Assembly (NCBI GenBank): GCA_963695395.1
Contig: CAVOGK010000040.1
Coordinates: 17,699 to 81,698, forward strand
Length of the DNA stretch: 64,000 nucleotides
Origin: an uncultured Thermoleophilia bacterium
GTDB taxonomy: Bacteria > Actinomycetota > Thermoleophilia > UBA2241
Direction of reading: 5' to 3'
Positions within the stretch are counted from its first letter, which is position 1, and each line of letters begins with the position of its first letter. The notes beneath the pieces were generated by a model. That model was given only the letters and a program-made list of their open reading frames with translations. It made no database searches and was not told the DNA's origin. This document shows positions 31,711 to 44,151 of the stretch, in pieces. The position numbers and the translations under genes were made by a program.

Positions 31711-33882
31711 TCACGCCTGCGCGAGCGGCAGGCGGCTGAACTCTCCGATGCGGCCGATGAGGCCGGCGACCGCGGCGAGTTGTGCGAGCCGGTTGGCGCG
31801 CACGGCCTCGTCGAGATCCATGACGAGGACGGCTTCGAAGTAGCGGTCGACGGCCGGCCGCAGGCCGGCCGCGGCCTCGACGGCGCTCTCCAGGTCGAGG
31901 TCGTCGAGGGCCTCGCGCAGCGGCCCGAGCGTCGCTTCGAAGGCCGCCGCCAGCTCGCGTTCGGCGTCGTCGGCGAACAGAGACGGGTCGACGGGTCGCG
32001 ACCCGGCGTCCGGATCCTTGGCCGCCAGCGCCGCGCAGCGGTTGTAGGCGGTGACGGCGTCGTCGAAGACCTTGCGGCCGGCCATGGCCGCGAACGCACG
32101 TGCCCTCGCGGCAAGAGCCGGAAGGTCCCCGGCCGGCGCCGCCATGGCGGCCTCGACGCTGGGGAAGGGAAGGCCCTCGTCGAGCAACAGCACCTGCAGG
32201 CGCTCGCGCACGAACGCCGCCGTCTCGTCGACGATGGCGGCGCGGCGCGCTTGATCCAGCCCTTCGATGCCCTGCAGCTCGAACTGATCGACCGCCGAGG
32301 CGAGCAGACCGGCGAGCGGGAAGCGCAGACCGTACTCGAGCGCGATGCGCACGATGCCCATGGCCGCGCGCCGCAGCCCGTAGGGGTCGCGCGAGCCGGA
32401 CGGCTTCTGGCCGGCGACCCAGGCGCCGGCGATGTTGTCGGCCTTGTCGGCGACGGCAAGGAGGGCGCCGGCGACCGTGCCCGGCAACGGAGCCGTCGCC
32501 GAGAGCGGCCGATAGTGCTCGCCGACGGCGCGGGCCACCGCGCCGCCGAGGCCGCCGGCCTCGGCGTAGAACCCGCCCATGATGCCTTGCAGCACCGGGA
32601 ACTCGATCACGACCTGGCTCACGAGGTCGGCCTTGGCGAGACGGGCGGCTGCCCGCAGCGTCTCGTCGAGGGCGCCGGACGAGCCGTTGCCGCCGGAGGA
32701 GGCGTCCGCGGCGCCCGGACCGGACGCCAGGCCGGCGACCAGACCGCCGAGCCGCGTTGCCTTGTCGGCGAGCGAGCCCAGCTTCTCGTGGAAGACGACC
32801 GAGTCGAGCCGGTCGGCCATGGCCGGCAGTCCCTCGGCGAGGTCTCGGTCGTAGGCGAACTCGGCGTCGTCGAGGCGGCCGTCGAGCACGCGCTCGTTGC
32901 CGCGCGTGACCAGTGGCGCCGCCGCCGGGTCGCCGTTGGAGACGTAGAGGAACGCAGGGAGCAGCCCGCCGGCGGAGTCGCGCACCGGGAAGTACCGCTG
33001 GTGGCTCTGCATGGCGGTCACGAGGACCTCGTCCGGCAGCCGCAGGTGCCGCTCGGCGAAGGAGCCACGCGCCACGCTCGGCCACTCGGCGAGGTAGACA
33101 GCCTCGGCGAGCACGTCGCCGGGGTCGGACCACTCGCCGCCCAGCTCGGCCGCGACCGCGTCGAGACCCTCGGTGATGAGCCGGCGGCGCTCAGTCTGCG
33201 AGACCACGACTCTCTGGTCCCGGAGCAGGCGCTCGTACTCGTCCGCCGCGGTGATCGCGACGGGGCCGCCGAGGACGCGGTGCCCTTGCGACAGCTCGCC
33301 GAGCGGGAGACCGTAGAAGGATCCGCTCAGGGTCTCGGCGTCCAGCTTGGCGACCAGCCAGCGGATGGGGCGCGAGAAGCGCAGGTAGTCGCTCGCGTCC
33401 TCCGGCCTGGCCCCCCAGCGCATGCCGCGCGGAATCTGCAGTCCGCTGATGAGGCGGGCGACGAGCTCGGGCAGCACAGCGCGCGCCGCTCGGCGCTCGG
33501 CCTCCACCCGGACCATGGCGAACTCGGTGCCGTCGACGACTTCCCGGCGCACGTCCTCGGGACCGGCGCCGCGGGAGCGCGCGAATCCGGCACCCGCTTT
33601 GGTGAGCGTGCCGTCGCCGGCAAAGGCGATCTCGGCCTTGGGCCCGCGGAAGTCCTGGACCTTGGGCAATTGCTGCGCCGGAACGCCGTGAGCAAGCACG
33701 GCGATGCGTCGCGGCGAGACCACGACCATGGCCTCCGCACCGTCCTCGAGAAGGCGCTCCTCACCGAGCAACCCCAGCGCGAGGCCGGGCTTCTCCGGGG
33801 TGCCCTGGAGCTGACGGATGACCGACTCGCAGACCTTGTACGGCAGCTCCTCGCAGCCGATCTCGACCAGAAGGCTGCTCAT
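31711..33882 (-). CDS. glyS: Glycine--tRNA ligase beta subunit
   Basis: Start at [14 protein letters not shown] (ATG 33882, ATGA overlap with the glyQ stop), 723 aa. Typical HQRYFPV block, with no frame break seen. Confidence 0.9.
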   Translation of the reverse strand: MSSLLVEIGCEELPYKVCESVIRQLQGTPEKPGLALGLLGEERLLEDGAEAMVVVSPRRIAVLAHGVPAQQLPKVQDFRGPKAEIAFAGDGTLTKAGAGFARSRGAGPEDVRREVVDGTEFAMVRVEAERRAARAVLPELVARLISGLQIPRGMRWGARPEDASDYLRFSRPIRWLVAKLDAETLSGSFYGLPLGELSQGHRVLGGPVAITAADEYERLLRDQRVVVSQTERRRLITEGLDAVAAELGGEWSDPGDVLAEAVYLAEWPSVARGSFAERHLRLPDEVLVTAMQSHQRYFPVRDSAGGLLPAFLYVSNGDPAAAPLVTRGNERVLDGRLDDAEFAYDRDLAEGLPAMADRLDSVVFHEKLGSLADKATRLGGLVAGLASGPGAADASSGGNGSSGALDETLRAAARLAKADLVSQVVIEFPVLQGIMGGFYAEAGGLGGAVARAVGEHYRPLSATAPLPGTVAGALLAVADKADNIAGAWVAGQKPSGSRDPYGLRRAAMGIVRIALEYGLRFPLAGLLASAVDQFELQGIEGLDQARRAAIVDETAAFVRERLQVLLLDEGLPFPSVEAAMAAPAGDLPALAARARAFAAMAGRKVFDDAVTAYNRCAALAAKDPDAGSRPVDPSLFADDAERELAAAFEATLGPLREALDDLDLESAVEAAAGLRPAVDRYFEAVLVMDLDEAVRANRLAQLAAVAGLIGRIGEFSRLPLAQA

Positions 33883-34805
33883 CCCTCTCCCCCACGCCCG
33901 TCGCCGACGACCTCGAGATAGAGGCCGGCGACCTTGCGCGCGAGGTCGCGCACGCGGGCGATGTGGGCGGTGCGGTCGGTGACGCTGATCACGCCGCGCG
34001 CGTCGAGCATGTTGAAGGCGTGGCTGCACTTGAGCACGTGGTCGTAGGCCGGGATCGGCAGGCGCGCGTCGATGCAGCGCAGCGCCTCCGCCTCGTACTC
34101 ACGGAAGTGCCGATAGAGCATCTCGGTGTCGGCGACCTCGAAGTTGTAGTGGCTGAACTCGCGCTCGTTCTCCTTGTAGACGTCGCCGTAGGTGACCACG
34201 TGTTCCACGCCGTCCTCTTCCCAGCGCGACCACACCAGGTCGTACATGCTGTCCACGCCCTGCAGGTACATCGCCAGTCGCTCGAGCCCGTAGGTGAGCT
34301 CGATGGTGATGGGATCGAGGTCGAAGCCGCCGAGCTGCTGGAAGTAGGTGAACTGGGTGGCCTCCATGCCGTCGACCCAGACCTCCCAGCCCTGGCCCCA
34401 GGCGCCGAGCGTGGGGCCTTCCCAGTTGTCCTCGACGAAGCGCACGTCATGCTCGGCAAGGACGATTCCGAGGGCCTCGAGCGAGCGCAGGTACACATCC
34501 TGGATGTCGGCGGGTGACGGCTTGATGACCACCTGGTACTGATAGTAGTGGCCGGCACGATACGGGTTCTCACCGTAGCGCCCGTCGGCGGGACGCATGG
34601 ACGGCTCGACGTAGGCCGCTCGCCAGGGACGCGCGTCGAGGCAGCGCAGGAAGGTGGCGGGATTGAAGGTGCCGGCCCCGACCTCGGTGTGGTACGGCTG
34701 GACGACGACGCAACCCTGACCCTCCCAGAAGGCCTGCAGACGACCGATGATCTGCTGGAACGTGGGAGTCACGGACGAGGCTGCGGTCGGGGCGTGGTCG
34801 GTCAC
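33879..34805 (-). CDS. glyQ: Glycine--tRNA ligase alpha subunit
   Basis: [42 protein letters not shown] and the rest of the GlyQ fold. GTG at 34805 after AAAGGA is preferred over the ORF-track ATG at 34898. Confidence 0.9.
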   Translation of the reverse strand: MTDHAPTAASSVTPTFQQIIGRLQAFWEGQGCVVVQPYHTEVGAGTFNPATFLRCLDARPWRAAYVEPSMRPADGRYGENPYRAGHYYQYQVVIKPSPADIQDVYLRSLEALGIVLAEHDVRFVEDNWEGPTLGAWGQGWEVWVDGMEATQFTYFQQLGGFDLDPITIELTYGLERLAMYLQGVDSMYDLVWSRWEEDGVEHVVTYGDVYKENEREFSHYNFEVADTEMLYRHFREYEAEALRCIDARLPIPAYDHVLKCSHAFNMLDARGVISVTDRTAHIARVRDLARKVAGLYLEVVGDGRGGEG

Positions 34806-35106
34806 GGGTCCTTTCGGTCGGAAGCGCGATTCTAACAGGGCCGACCAGAACTGAACAATCGCCGCGAGCGAGGGCGCCGGACCTGCCGCACCGGCCATTG
34901 GAGCGCCTGCTCCGACGGACGACCCGTGCGTGGTGTCGCGCCGTCGGGGTACAGTCCGGACTTGCCGGCCGGCTGAGCGATCAGGGTGCCGGCCAGGGTG
35001 GCGCGACGGCGACGCGAACGCTCGATCTCGGCCGGCGCCTCCGCTCGCAGAGGCGGCGAATCGATCCGCAGAAGCGCCTCGTCGGTCCGCACGTATGCCA
35101 CCGCCA

Positions 35107-35838
35107 TCAGCCGCGCGCGATGCGCACCGCCCTGAGGCGCGATCCCGTGTGGTACGCGTACAGCTGATGTACGTCGCGGAGCGCCTCGCCGGCAGCCTCG
35201 GAGGGGGGCAGCCGGCGCAGCTCCGCCAGGGGCAGCGCCACCGCGGCGAGGAGCGCCTCGACCGCCTCCGGCGTGATCGGCACGGCCTCGCCGACGCAGT
35301 CCCCGCAGATGAGCCCGCCGCGGGCGGCCGAGAAGCCCAGGGCGCGCTCCCCCGACCCGCAGGCCGCGCAGTGCTCCAGCACCGGCAGATAGCCCGCCTC
35401 GTAGAGCAGCTTCAGCAGTGCGCCGAGCACGAGCGGAGATTCCAGAGCGCGGCCGGAGAGCCCCTGGTCAAGCTCACGTAGCGTGTTGCGCAACAGCGCG
35501 AACACGCGCTCCTCGGGCTCGTGCTCCGGGGTGAGGCCGGCGGCGGCCTCGCAGACGATCGCCGCCGCCGTCAGCGCCTCGCGGTCGGCGCGCAGCCGCA
35601 CGAACACGTCGACGAGTTGCGCCTGGGTGACCGTGTACAGGGACCTCCCGGGATGGAGCACGAGGTCGCACACGTTGAACGGCTCCAGCCGGCCGCCCCA
35701 GCGGGAGGTCGTCTTGCGCACGCCCTTGACCACGGCGTCCACACGGCCGAGCTCCCGCGTGAAGAGCCGGACGATACGGTCGGCCTCCCCCAGGGGGCGC
35801 GAGCTCAGAACGACGGCGCGAGCCTTCTCGGCGCGCAC
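35107..35838 (-). CDS. recO: DNA repair protein RecO
   Basis: [37 protein letters not shown] (OB fold), and the zinc motif CAACGSGE...[11 protein letters not shown] at 35838 just after the prmC stop; an alternative GTG is at 35853. Confidence 0.8.
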   Translation of the reverse strand: MRAEKARAVVLSSRPLGEADRIVRLFTRELGRVDAVVKGVRKTTSRWGGRLEPFNVCDLVLHPGRSLYTVTQAQLVDVFVRLRADREALTAAAIVCEAAAGLTPEHEPEERVFALLRNTLRELDQGLSGRALESPLVLGALLKLLYEAGYLPVLEHCAACGSGERALGFSAARGGLICGDCVGEAVPITPEAVEALLAAVALPLAELRRLPPSEAAGEALRDVHQLYAYHTGSRLRAVRIARG

Positions 35839-35839
35839 G

Positions 35840-36748
35840 TCAGCGCTCGTCACTCGCGCCGCGGCGGCGCGCGTAGACCACGCGCGGGATGCCGGCGAGG
35901 TCGCCGCGCGCCTCCGGCGCCTCGAACGCGCCGGCGGCGCGAATGATCGCGGCGACGTCCCGGGCCTGACCGGCGCCGACCTCGAGCGCGAGCGTACCCC
36001 CGGCGCGCAGCAGCAGGGCGGCGCCGGGAATGAGGCGGCGATAGACGTCGAGACCGTCGAGCCCTCCGAAGAGCGCGAGCCGTGGCTCGTAGTCACGCAC
36101 GTTGGGCTCCAGCGCCTCGTACTCCGCGGCCGGGATGTACGGTGGGTTGGAGACGATCAGGTCGAACGTCCGCAGGGCGACGTCGGCGAAGAGATCGGAG
36201 AGGATGAATTCGACGCGGCGCTGAAAGCCGAGCCGAGCCGCGTTGCGGCGCGCCACCGCCAGCGCCTCCTGGTCGACGTCGGTCGCGACGACACGCACGA
36301 AGGGGTCCTCGGCGGCCAGCGCCAGCGCGACGCAGCCCGAGCCGGTACCGACATCCAGAGCGAGCGGCTCGCCCTCCGGCCCCGGGCCCGCGAGCGGAAT
36401 GGCGGCGAGCGCTTCCAGGGCGACGTCGACAAGTGTCTCGGTGTCCGCGCGCGGGATGAGCACGGCGGGCGTCACCGCGACGTCGATGGTGCGAAACGCG
36501 CGAAAGCCGAGGATGTAGGCGACCGGCTCACGCGCCTCTCGCCGCGTCAGCAGGCTCTCGAAGCGCGCGGCTTCGCCGGTGTCCAGGGTACGTCCGGGCT
36601 CACGGAGAAGCTCGGCGCGCGGGCAGTCCAGCGTGCGTGCGAGCAGCAGCTCCGCATCGAGACGCGGCGAGCGCGACCCGCTTGCCCGCAGCCGCTGCAC
36701 GGCCGCGCGAAGCGCGTCACCCACGCTCGCCGGCACGGCCACGGTCAC
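35840..36748 (-). CDS. prmC: Release-factor glutamine N5-methyltransferase
   Basis: 302 aa. SAM motif LDVGTGSGCVALAL and catalytic IVSNPPYI. Overlaps the prfA stop by 4 nt. Confidence 0.88.
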   Translation of the reverse strand: MTVAVPASVGDALRAAVQRLRASGSRSPRLDAELLLARTLDCPRAELLREPGRTLDTGEAARFESLLTRREAREPVAYILGFRAFRTIDVAVTPAVLIPRADTETLVDVALEALAAIPLAGPGPEGEPLALDVGTGSGCVALALAAEDPFVRVVATDVDQEALAVARRNAARLGFQRRVEFILSDLFADVALRTFDLIVSNPPYIPAAEYEALEPNVRDYEPRLALFGGLDGLDVYRRLIPGAALLLRAGGTLALEVGAGQARDVAAIIRAAGAFEAPEARGDLAGIPRVVYARRRGASDER

Positions 36749-37830
36749 TCGCCGCCGGCCGCCGCCAGCTGCTTGCGCCGGTCCTCGGCGGCGAGGGCCT
36801 CGGTGAACTCGTCGAGATCGCCCTCCATCACCTCGGCGATGCGATGGCTGGTGAGCCCGATGCGGTGGTCGCTCACCCGGTTCTGCTGGAAGTTGTACGT
36901 GCGGATCTTCTGCGAGCGGTCGCCGCTGCCGACCATGCTGCGCCGCGCCGCTCCCCGCACGGCGTCCTGCTTGGCCTGCTCGAGCTCGAAGAGCCGGGCG
37001 CGCAGAATGCGCATCGCCTTGTCCTTGTTCTGCAACTGGCTCTTCTCGTCCTGGCAGCTCACCGACACGCCGGTGAGCACGTGGGTGATGCGCACCGCGG
37101 AGTCGGTGGTGTTGACGCTCTGGCCGCCGGGACCGCGAGCGCGGAAGATGTCGATGCGCAGATCGTTCGGGTGGAGGTCGACCTCGATGTCCTCGGCCTC
37201 CGGCAGGACGGCGACCGTGGCGGTGGAGGTGTGGATGCGCCCGGCGGCCTCGGTGACCGGCACGCGCTGGACGCGATGCACGCCACCCTCGTACTTGAGC
37301 ATCGAGAAGGCCCCCTGGCCCTTGACCTCCAGGGTGAGTTCCTTGTAGCCACCGTCGTCGTTCTCGTTGGCGGAGAGGATCTCGACCTCGAACCCCTTGG
37401 CCTGGGCGTAGCGCGTGTACAGGCGCGCCAGCTCGCCGGCGAAGATGCAGGCCTCGTTGCCGCCGGTGCCGGCGCGGATCTCAATGATCACGTCCTTGCC
37501 GTCGTTGGGGTCGCGCGTGAGCATGCGCACGCGGATCTCCTCGCTGAGCTCGTCCAGCCGGTGGCGGCCCTCGATGAGCTCTTCCTGGGCGAACTCCCGC
37601 ATCTCCGCGTCGGAGGAGTCGTCGCCGAGCAGGCCTTCGGCGTCGGCGACCGTCGTCTCGGCCTCGCGGTACCGCTGCGTCAGCTCGTGCACGCCCTGCA
37701 GTTCGGCGTGAGCGCGTGCGGCGTCCACGTAGCTCGCGCGATCGCCGAGCACCTCGGGGTCGACGAGCTGAGCGGTGAGCTCGTCGTAGGAACGTTCTAT
37801 CTCACTGATGAGGTCGTCGATCGTGGCCAT
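36745..37830 (-). CDS. prfA: Peptide chain release factor 1
   Basis: 361 aa. The PVT tripeptide ([13 protein letters not shown]) occupies the RF1 PxT anticodon-motif position, and the GGQ motif is [21 protein letters not shown]. Confidence 0.93.
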   Translation of the reverse strand: MATIDDLISEIERSYDELTAQLVDPEVLGDRASYVDAARAHAELQGVHELTQRYREAETTVADAEGLLGDDSSDAEMREFAQEELIEGRHRLDELSEEIRVRMLTRDPNDGKDVIIEIRAGTGGNEACIFAGELARLYTRYAQAKGFEVEILSANENDDGGYKELTLEVKGQGAFSMLKYEGGVHRVQRVPVTEAAGRIHTSTATVAVLPEAEDIEVDLHPNDLRIDIFRARGPGGQSVNTTDSAVRITHVLTGVSVSCQDEKSQLQNKDKAMRILRARLFELEQAKQDAVRGAARRSMVGSGDRSQKIRTYNFQQNRVSDHRIGLTSHRIAEVMEGDLDEFTEALAAEDRRKQLAAAGGE

Positions 37831-37839
37831 GCGGCTAGC

Positions 37840-38793
37840 TTACGCCATGACCTCCACGCCCTTCACCGGCGGGCGGTCCTGCGGCTCGAGCTCGATGATC
37901 TTGTCGAGCGCGGCGATGGCCACCTCGACCTGGGCGCTGTCCGGCGGCTTGGTGGTCATCCACTGCAGCGCCAGGCCGGGCGCCATGATGACGCGAACGA
38001 CCTTGCTGCTCTCGTGGCGTCCAGCCCAGCGGATGATCTCGTAGCTGATGCCGGCGATGAGGGGGACCAGGATGATGCGGCTGAGGATGAGCAGGTACCA
38101 GACCGGCCGGCCGACGAGCGCGAACACGAAGATCGAGACGACCAGGACGACGAGCAGGAAGGAGGTGCCGCAGCGCAGGTGCAGCGTCTTGTACTTCTCG
38201 ACGTTGGCCACCGTGAGCTCCTCGCCGTGCTCGAGGGCGTGGATGCTCATGTGCTCCGCGCCGTGGTACTCGAACACGCGGCGCAGGTCCTTGATCTGGG
38301 TGATGATGGCGAGGTAGGCGAGGAAGATGCCGACGCGGACGCAGCCCTCGACGAGCCAGAAGACGAAGCCGTCGCCGAGCCAGCGCTCCATGAGGCCGGT
38401 GAGGAAGAGCGGCGCGATGAAGAACAGGCCGATCGCGAAGGCGAAGGCGATGATGAGCGTGACACCGATCTCCTTCTTGCCGAGCTTCTCCTCCTCTTCG
38501 CCGAGCGACTCGTTGGCGGAGATGGTGAGCGCGCGGACGCCGATCGCCAGCGACTCGACGAGGGCGACGACGCCGCGCACGATCGGCAGCTTGAGGACCG
38601 GATACCGCTTCATCCAGCTCTCGAGCGGCCAATGATGCAGGCCGATGGTCTCGTCCGGCCGGCGCACGGCGAGCGACCACCAGTCGACGCCCCGCATCAT
38701 GACGCCCTCGATCACGGCCTGTCCGCCGACCTGCGCGCGGCGCGCGGCCAGGGCGGGCAGGACGAGGGCGATGAGGGCAAGGCGTCGGGTCAT
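37840..38793 (-). CDS. DUF1385 (YqhQ-like) membrane protein
   Basis: 317 aa. GGQAVIEGVMMRG, EYHGAEHMSIHALEHG, LHLRCGTSFLL. Confidence 0.85.
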   Translation of the reverse strand: MTRRLALIALVLPALAARRAQVGGQAVIEGVMMRGVDWWSLAVRRPDETIGLHHWPLESWMKRYPVLKLPIVRGVVALVESLAIGVRALTISANESLGEEEEKLGKKEIGVTLIIAFAFAIGLFFIAPLFLTGLMERWLGDGFVFWLVEGCVRVGIFLAYLAIITQIKDLRRVFEYHGAEHMSIHALEHGEELTVANVEKYKTLHLRCGTSFLLVVLVVSIFVFALVGRPVWYLLILSRIILVPLIAGISYEIIRWAGRHESSKVVRVIMAPGLALQWMTTKPPDSAQVEVAIAALDKIIELEPQDRPPVKGVEVMA

Positions 38794-38829
38794 GTCACGA
38801 GAGCATGTCGGGGGCCGCGCGACCGGGAC

Positions 38830-39564
38830 TCAGCCGCGCGCGGCCGGCCCGTCGACGTCCTCGGGCTTGTAGGGCTTGCCGCAGGTCATCTTGCCCTCAG
38901 GGCAATCGCCGTAGAGGCATCCGGGTCCGCTGCCCTCGAACAGGTTGGGCGCCAGGTCTTTGACCATGCCGCGCATCTGCCAGGCGAGGTCGCGGATCTC
39001 CCACTGGGCACGGTTGCAGCAGCGCACGTGGAAGAAGTGACGCAGCTCACGCGCGTTCATCGTGACGACGATCTTGGTCTCGGCCGCGTTGGGCAGCACG
39101 AAGCGGGCGTCCTCCTGGACGCTCTCCCGCGTGCGGCCCTCGGCCAGGCCGAGTGCGACGAGTTTGTCGTAGGCGAGGCGCGCGTCGTCCATGGCTTTGA
39201 GGAAGACCGCCTGAGCCTCTCCGTGTCCGGCGATGCTTGGCGGCACGATGAAGCTGTCACCCTCGCCGAAGTTGACGTAGCGCTGCGACTGCTGGTTGTA
39301 GCTGGCGACGCGGTGCCGGACCAACTGATGGGTGCAGGCGCGGCTGACGCCGTCCACCGCGAAGCTGAAGGTGGCGTGCTCGAGCGCCGAGTGGTGGCCG
39401 CTGCGCACCAGGATGCGTACCAGCTTGGCGACGTCCTCGTCGCTCATCTCCTGCTTGAGGTCGGCTGCGGAAACGGGCGCGTAGCAGAGCCGACCCGCGA
39501 TCGCGACGGCGCGATCAGGATCGGGGGTGTGCTGGAGAAGACTGACGCGGAGCTCGGCGCTCAT
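38830..39564 (-). CDS. thyX: Flavin-dependent thymidylate synthase
   Basis: 244 aa. ThyX motif QLVRHRVASYNQQSQRY. Confidence 0.9.
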   Translation of the reverse strand: MSAELRVSLLQHTPDPDRAVAIAGRLCYAPVSAADLKQEMSDEDVAKLVRILVRSGHHSALEHATFSFAVDGVSRACTHQLVRHRVASYNQQSQRYVNFGEGDSFIVPPSIAGHGEAQAVFLKAMDDARLAYDKLVALGLAEGRTRESVQEDARFVLPNAAETKIVVTMNARELRHFFHVRCCNRAQWEIRDLAWQMRGMVKDLAPNLFEGSGPGCLYGDCPEGKMTCGKPYKPEDVDGPAARG

Positions 39565-39574
39565 CGCTGCCCCG

Positions 39575-39880
39575 TCAGGACTCGGTCGTCTCGGCCTCGG
39601 CGGGTGCGGCCTCGGCGGCGACGGCCACAGGCTCGGGCTTCGGAGCCTCGGCCTTCGGCTGCTTCTTGGGAGCCGGCTCGGCCACCTTCTCCATGCGCCG
39701 CTTGAAGCGGTCCACGCGGCCGCCCGAGTCCACGAGCTTCTGCTTGCCCGTGTAGAACGGGTGGCACTGGGAGCAGAGTTCGACGTGCAACTCCTTCTGG
39801 GTGCTGCGCGTGGTGAATGTGTTGCCGCAGCTGCAGTGGACGGTCGCCTCTTGGTACTGCGGGTGGATGTCCTTCTTCAT
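39575..39880 (-). CDS. rpmE: 50S ribosomal protein L31 (Zn-ribbon type) with an Ala/Pro/Glu/Lys-rich C-terminal extension
   Basis: [27 protein letters not shown]...[27 protein letters not shown], followed by ~35 extra residues. Confidence 0.92.
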   Translation of the reverse strand: MKKDIHPQYQEATVHCSCGNTFTTRSTQKELHVELCSQCHPFYTGKQKLVDSGGRVDRFKRRMEKVAEPAPKKQPKAEAPKPEPVAVAAEAAPAEAETTES

Positions 39881-40099
39881 CTCGAACGGATCCCTTCTGG
39901 GAGCAAACCCGGTGCTGACGCGAACGGCCTCGAGGGCCGAAGCGGGATGATACCACGAACCGGCGAGCCGCTTCGAATCCTTCCCTCTGTCAAACGCGCT
40001 TCACGCGCACGGTGCGCGACCTGTATATTGTCTGGCGCTCGCGTGCACGCGCGAGGACGGCGGGGCGCCCCGCCGTGAACAAGGATGGAGGCCCTCGGG

Positions 40100-41114
40100 A
40101 TGCCGGACATGCTCGCCCACTACCTCGTCGCCGAAGAGGCCGCACGGCGGCTGGAGGGCGACGGCGCGGCGCGCCTCGTCGCCGGTGCCTGGGATGCGTA
40201 CAAGGTGGGCGCCCAAGGCCCCGACGTGTTCTTCTACGCGAACCTCCTGCGCCGGCGCGGGCGTCCGGACCTCGCCCACCTCACGCACCGGCACCGGATG
40301 AGCGCGGCCTTTCGCAGCCTGCTGAGCCGGGCCGCGGCGCTGCCGGCGGGCGAGCGCCAGGTCGCTCTCGCCTTCGTCGCCGGCTACGCCGCGCACCTGT
40401 GCCTGGACGCCGAGGCGCACCCGTGGGTGCTCTACTGGACCGGCGACATCACGGAAGGGGCCGACGCGGAGGTCAGGGCTGCAGGCGTTTCGCCGTCACG
40501 GGGTGCTTGAGGCGTCGATCGACGTCATCCTGCGCCAGGAGCAGGGCGGCGGCCCCGACTGGCTGCGCAGACGGCGCCTCCTGCGCCTCCCCGCGCCGCA
40601 GAGGAAGATCGTCGCGGGACTGCTGAGCGCCATGCTCCGGGATGTCTTCGACGTGAAGTTCTCGCCGGAGGAGGGCCGCGCCGCCTTCCGCACCATGGAC
40701 CGCGTCTACGGGACGATGTCCGATCCGCGCGCCTTCCCGACCCGGCTGCTCGCCACCGCCGCGCCGCTCGATCGACCGCAACGGGGTGGTGCGCACGCAG
40801 ATCTACCCCGAGACGCCGTCGCCGGTCGCCGCGAGCCTCGTCGCCGACGCGGCGTCGCTGGTACTACCCCTCTGTGCCCGAGCGAGCCGCGGACGACGAC
40901 GTTCCGCGAGATCTTCGAGGCGGCGACGGCCGAGACCGCCGCCTGCCTCCAGGCGATCGCCGCGTGGGCCGACGGCGACGGGACCATCGAGGACGCCCTG
41001 GAGGTCATCGGCGACCGCAGCATGGTCACCGGTGTGGCCTGCGACGACCCGCGGCCGCGGGTCGCGTTCGCGCCCGACCGCGACATCATCTGGGGAGACG
41101 GGACGCCGGCGTGA
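40100..41114 (+). pseudogene. Zinc-dependent phospholipase C-family protein, about three frame breaks as assembled
   Basis: GGAGG plus ATG at 40100. MPDMLAHYLVAEEA...GAQGPDVFFY...GYAAHLCLDAEAHPWV in one frame; LQAFRRHGVLEASIDVIL... in the next (break ~40475-40485); then a VVRTQIYPETPSPVAASLVADAASLV segment in a third frame (~40770-40885) before returning to FREIFEAATAETAACLQAI. Confidence 0.55.
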
Positions 41115-41129
41115 CCGCCGGCAACGCCG

Positions 41130-42808
<1,679 letters not shown>

Positions 42809-43167
42809 GGGCTCCCGGGACTCCTGACATCAGCCCTGCGAGGCGGTGCGCCACAAGGGGGAGATGCCGTACGAGTAGGTGGATCGTGCGATGGAAGACG
42901 GAGTCCGTGCGGGCTCCGCGTCTGAGTATGTCATACCACGCAAGAGACTCCAAGTGTCCTCGTTGTCAAGAGGTGGGTCGGACTCTCGCTCCGTGACGCG
43001 CTGCCGTCGCGGCCGCAGGGACAGCGGAGGGAATCTCCGGGCCGTCGTCGCCGCGTACGCGGCGGTAGTGGCGAGCGGCTCGGGGATGTGCCTACTCTAT
43101 CGGATGATCGCGCGGGAACTGAAGCCCGCGTCGCGAAGCGGCCGGCCGGCGCTCGGCGGGAACGGCA

Positions 43168-44151
43168 TCAGTCCGGCTCCTCCTCGGCCGCCGGCCACCC
43201 TCCCGCCAAGGGCTCCACGTCGCCGGCCGGCGCCTCGGCAGAGACGCCCTCGTCTTCCACGCGCTGCAGGATCATCCCCAGCACCGCGCTCAGATTATCT
43301 TCGAGGCTGGGGCTGTCGATGACCGGGACGCCGAGCTCCTGAGCCCGCCCCACCATGTACTTCTGGATGCGGCGGATGTCGGCGAAGTGCTCCAGGTAGC
43401 GGCGCAGAGGGCGGATGCCGCCCGTCTCCCACTCGCGCACCGTGAAGTTGCCGCGATGCCGCTGTTTGTCGGCCACCGCGAGCATGAACTCGAGCACGAT
43501 CGCCTCGCCCCAGCGCGACCGGTCGAGATAGCCGGGTACCAGGTGAACGCCCTCGACGACCATCCGCTGCGCCTCCGCTATGCCACGTGCGATCAGCGCC
43601 TCGATGCCCACGGAGACCGCCTTGGTCTGTTCGATGAACCCCATCTTGCTCAGGTCGGTCTCTCGCGGCATCGGCACGCGTACCGCCGAGGCCGCGTCGA
43701 ACGAAGAGGTGTGGATGGCGGGCATGAGCTCGGGGGCGAAGAAGGCGCGCATCGTCTGCCGAACCATGTCAGTGCCGATCACCCGGGTGATGCCGAGTCG
43801 ATGCGCGAGTTGGGTGGCGAGCGTGCTCTTGCCGACGCCGGTGGCGCCCCCGATGAGCACGATGAGGGGCGTCTCCAGGCGACGGAGCTTCTGCCACTGG
43901 TCGAACCGCGCGATCAGGACGTCGCCCTGCTCGCGGCCGAGCTGGTCACGGGCGATCTCGAGCAGATCGGCCATGGTGAGGGCCGCCGGCCCGCGGCGCC
44001 GCAGGCGCCGCTCCACGGCGGCCGCAACGTTGTACGCGCGTTCGGGCGCGAGCCCCGTGGACATGAGCGTCTGCGCCATGAGCCCCTTGCTGAACGGAGC
44101 CTCGTCGCCCTCGTCGATGAGTGGGGTGTCGCCGTAGTCGGTCACGGTCAC
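43168..44151 (-). CDS. 2-phosphoglycerate kinase (COG2074 family)
   Basis: 327 aa, GTG start overlapping the cpgS TGA (GTGA). N-terminal PFSKGLMAQTLMSTGLAPERAYNVAAAVE (ATP-cone-like) and P-loop LIGGATGVGKSTLATQLAHRLGI. Confidence 0.8.
   Translation of the reverse strand: MTVTDYGDTPLIDEGDEAPFSKGLMAQTLMSTGLAPERAYNVAAAVERRLRRRGPAALTMADLLEIARDQLGREQGDVLIARFDQWQKLRRLETPLIVLIGGATGVGKSTLATQLAHRLGITRVIGTDMVRQTMRAFFAPELMPAIHTSSFDAASAVRVPMPRETDLSKMGFIEQTKAVSVGIEALIARGIAEAQRMVVEGVHLVPGYLDRSRWGEAIVLEFMLAVADKQRHRGNFTVREWETGGIRPLRRYLEHFADIRRIQKYMVGRAQELGVPVIDSPSLEDNLSAVLGMILQRVEDEGVSAEAPAGDVEPLAGGWPAAEEEPD

Noticed and set aside
34806-35106. Canonical T-box antiterminator sequence upstream of glyQS
   Set aside because: I searched the minus strand by eye for GGGTGGTACCGCG-like sequence. 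Only weak resemblances such as AATGGCCGGTGCGGC were found, which is not enough to annotate a T-box.
34832-35107. 91-aa ORF starting with an ATGA overlap at the recO stop
   Set aside because: It is Arg/Pro-rich with no recognisable family. Third-position GC bias fades toward its 3' end, and it occupies the expected glyQS leader. It is kept only as a remote possibility.
36637-39705. 1022-aa plus-strand ORF, the longest in the window
   Set aside because: It is antisense to prfA, DUF1385, thyX and rpmE, all of which have unmistakable conserved motifs. Its translation is Arg/Ala/Gly/Asp/Leu-rich and low-complexity, with no recognisable domain. This is the typical stop-codon-poor antisense frame of very GC-rich DNA.
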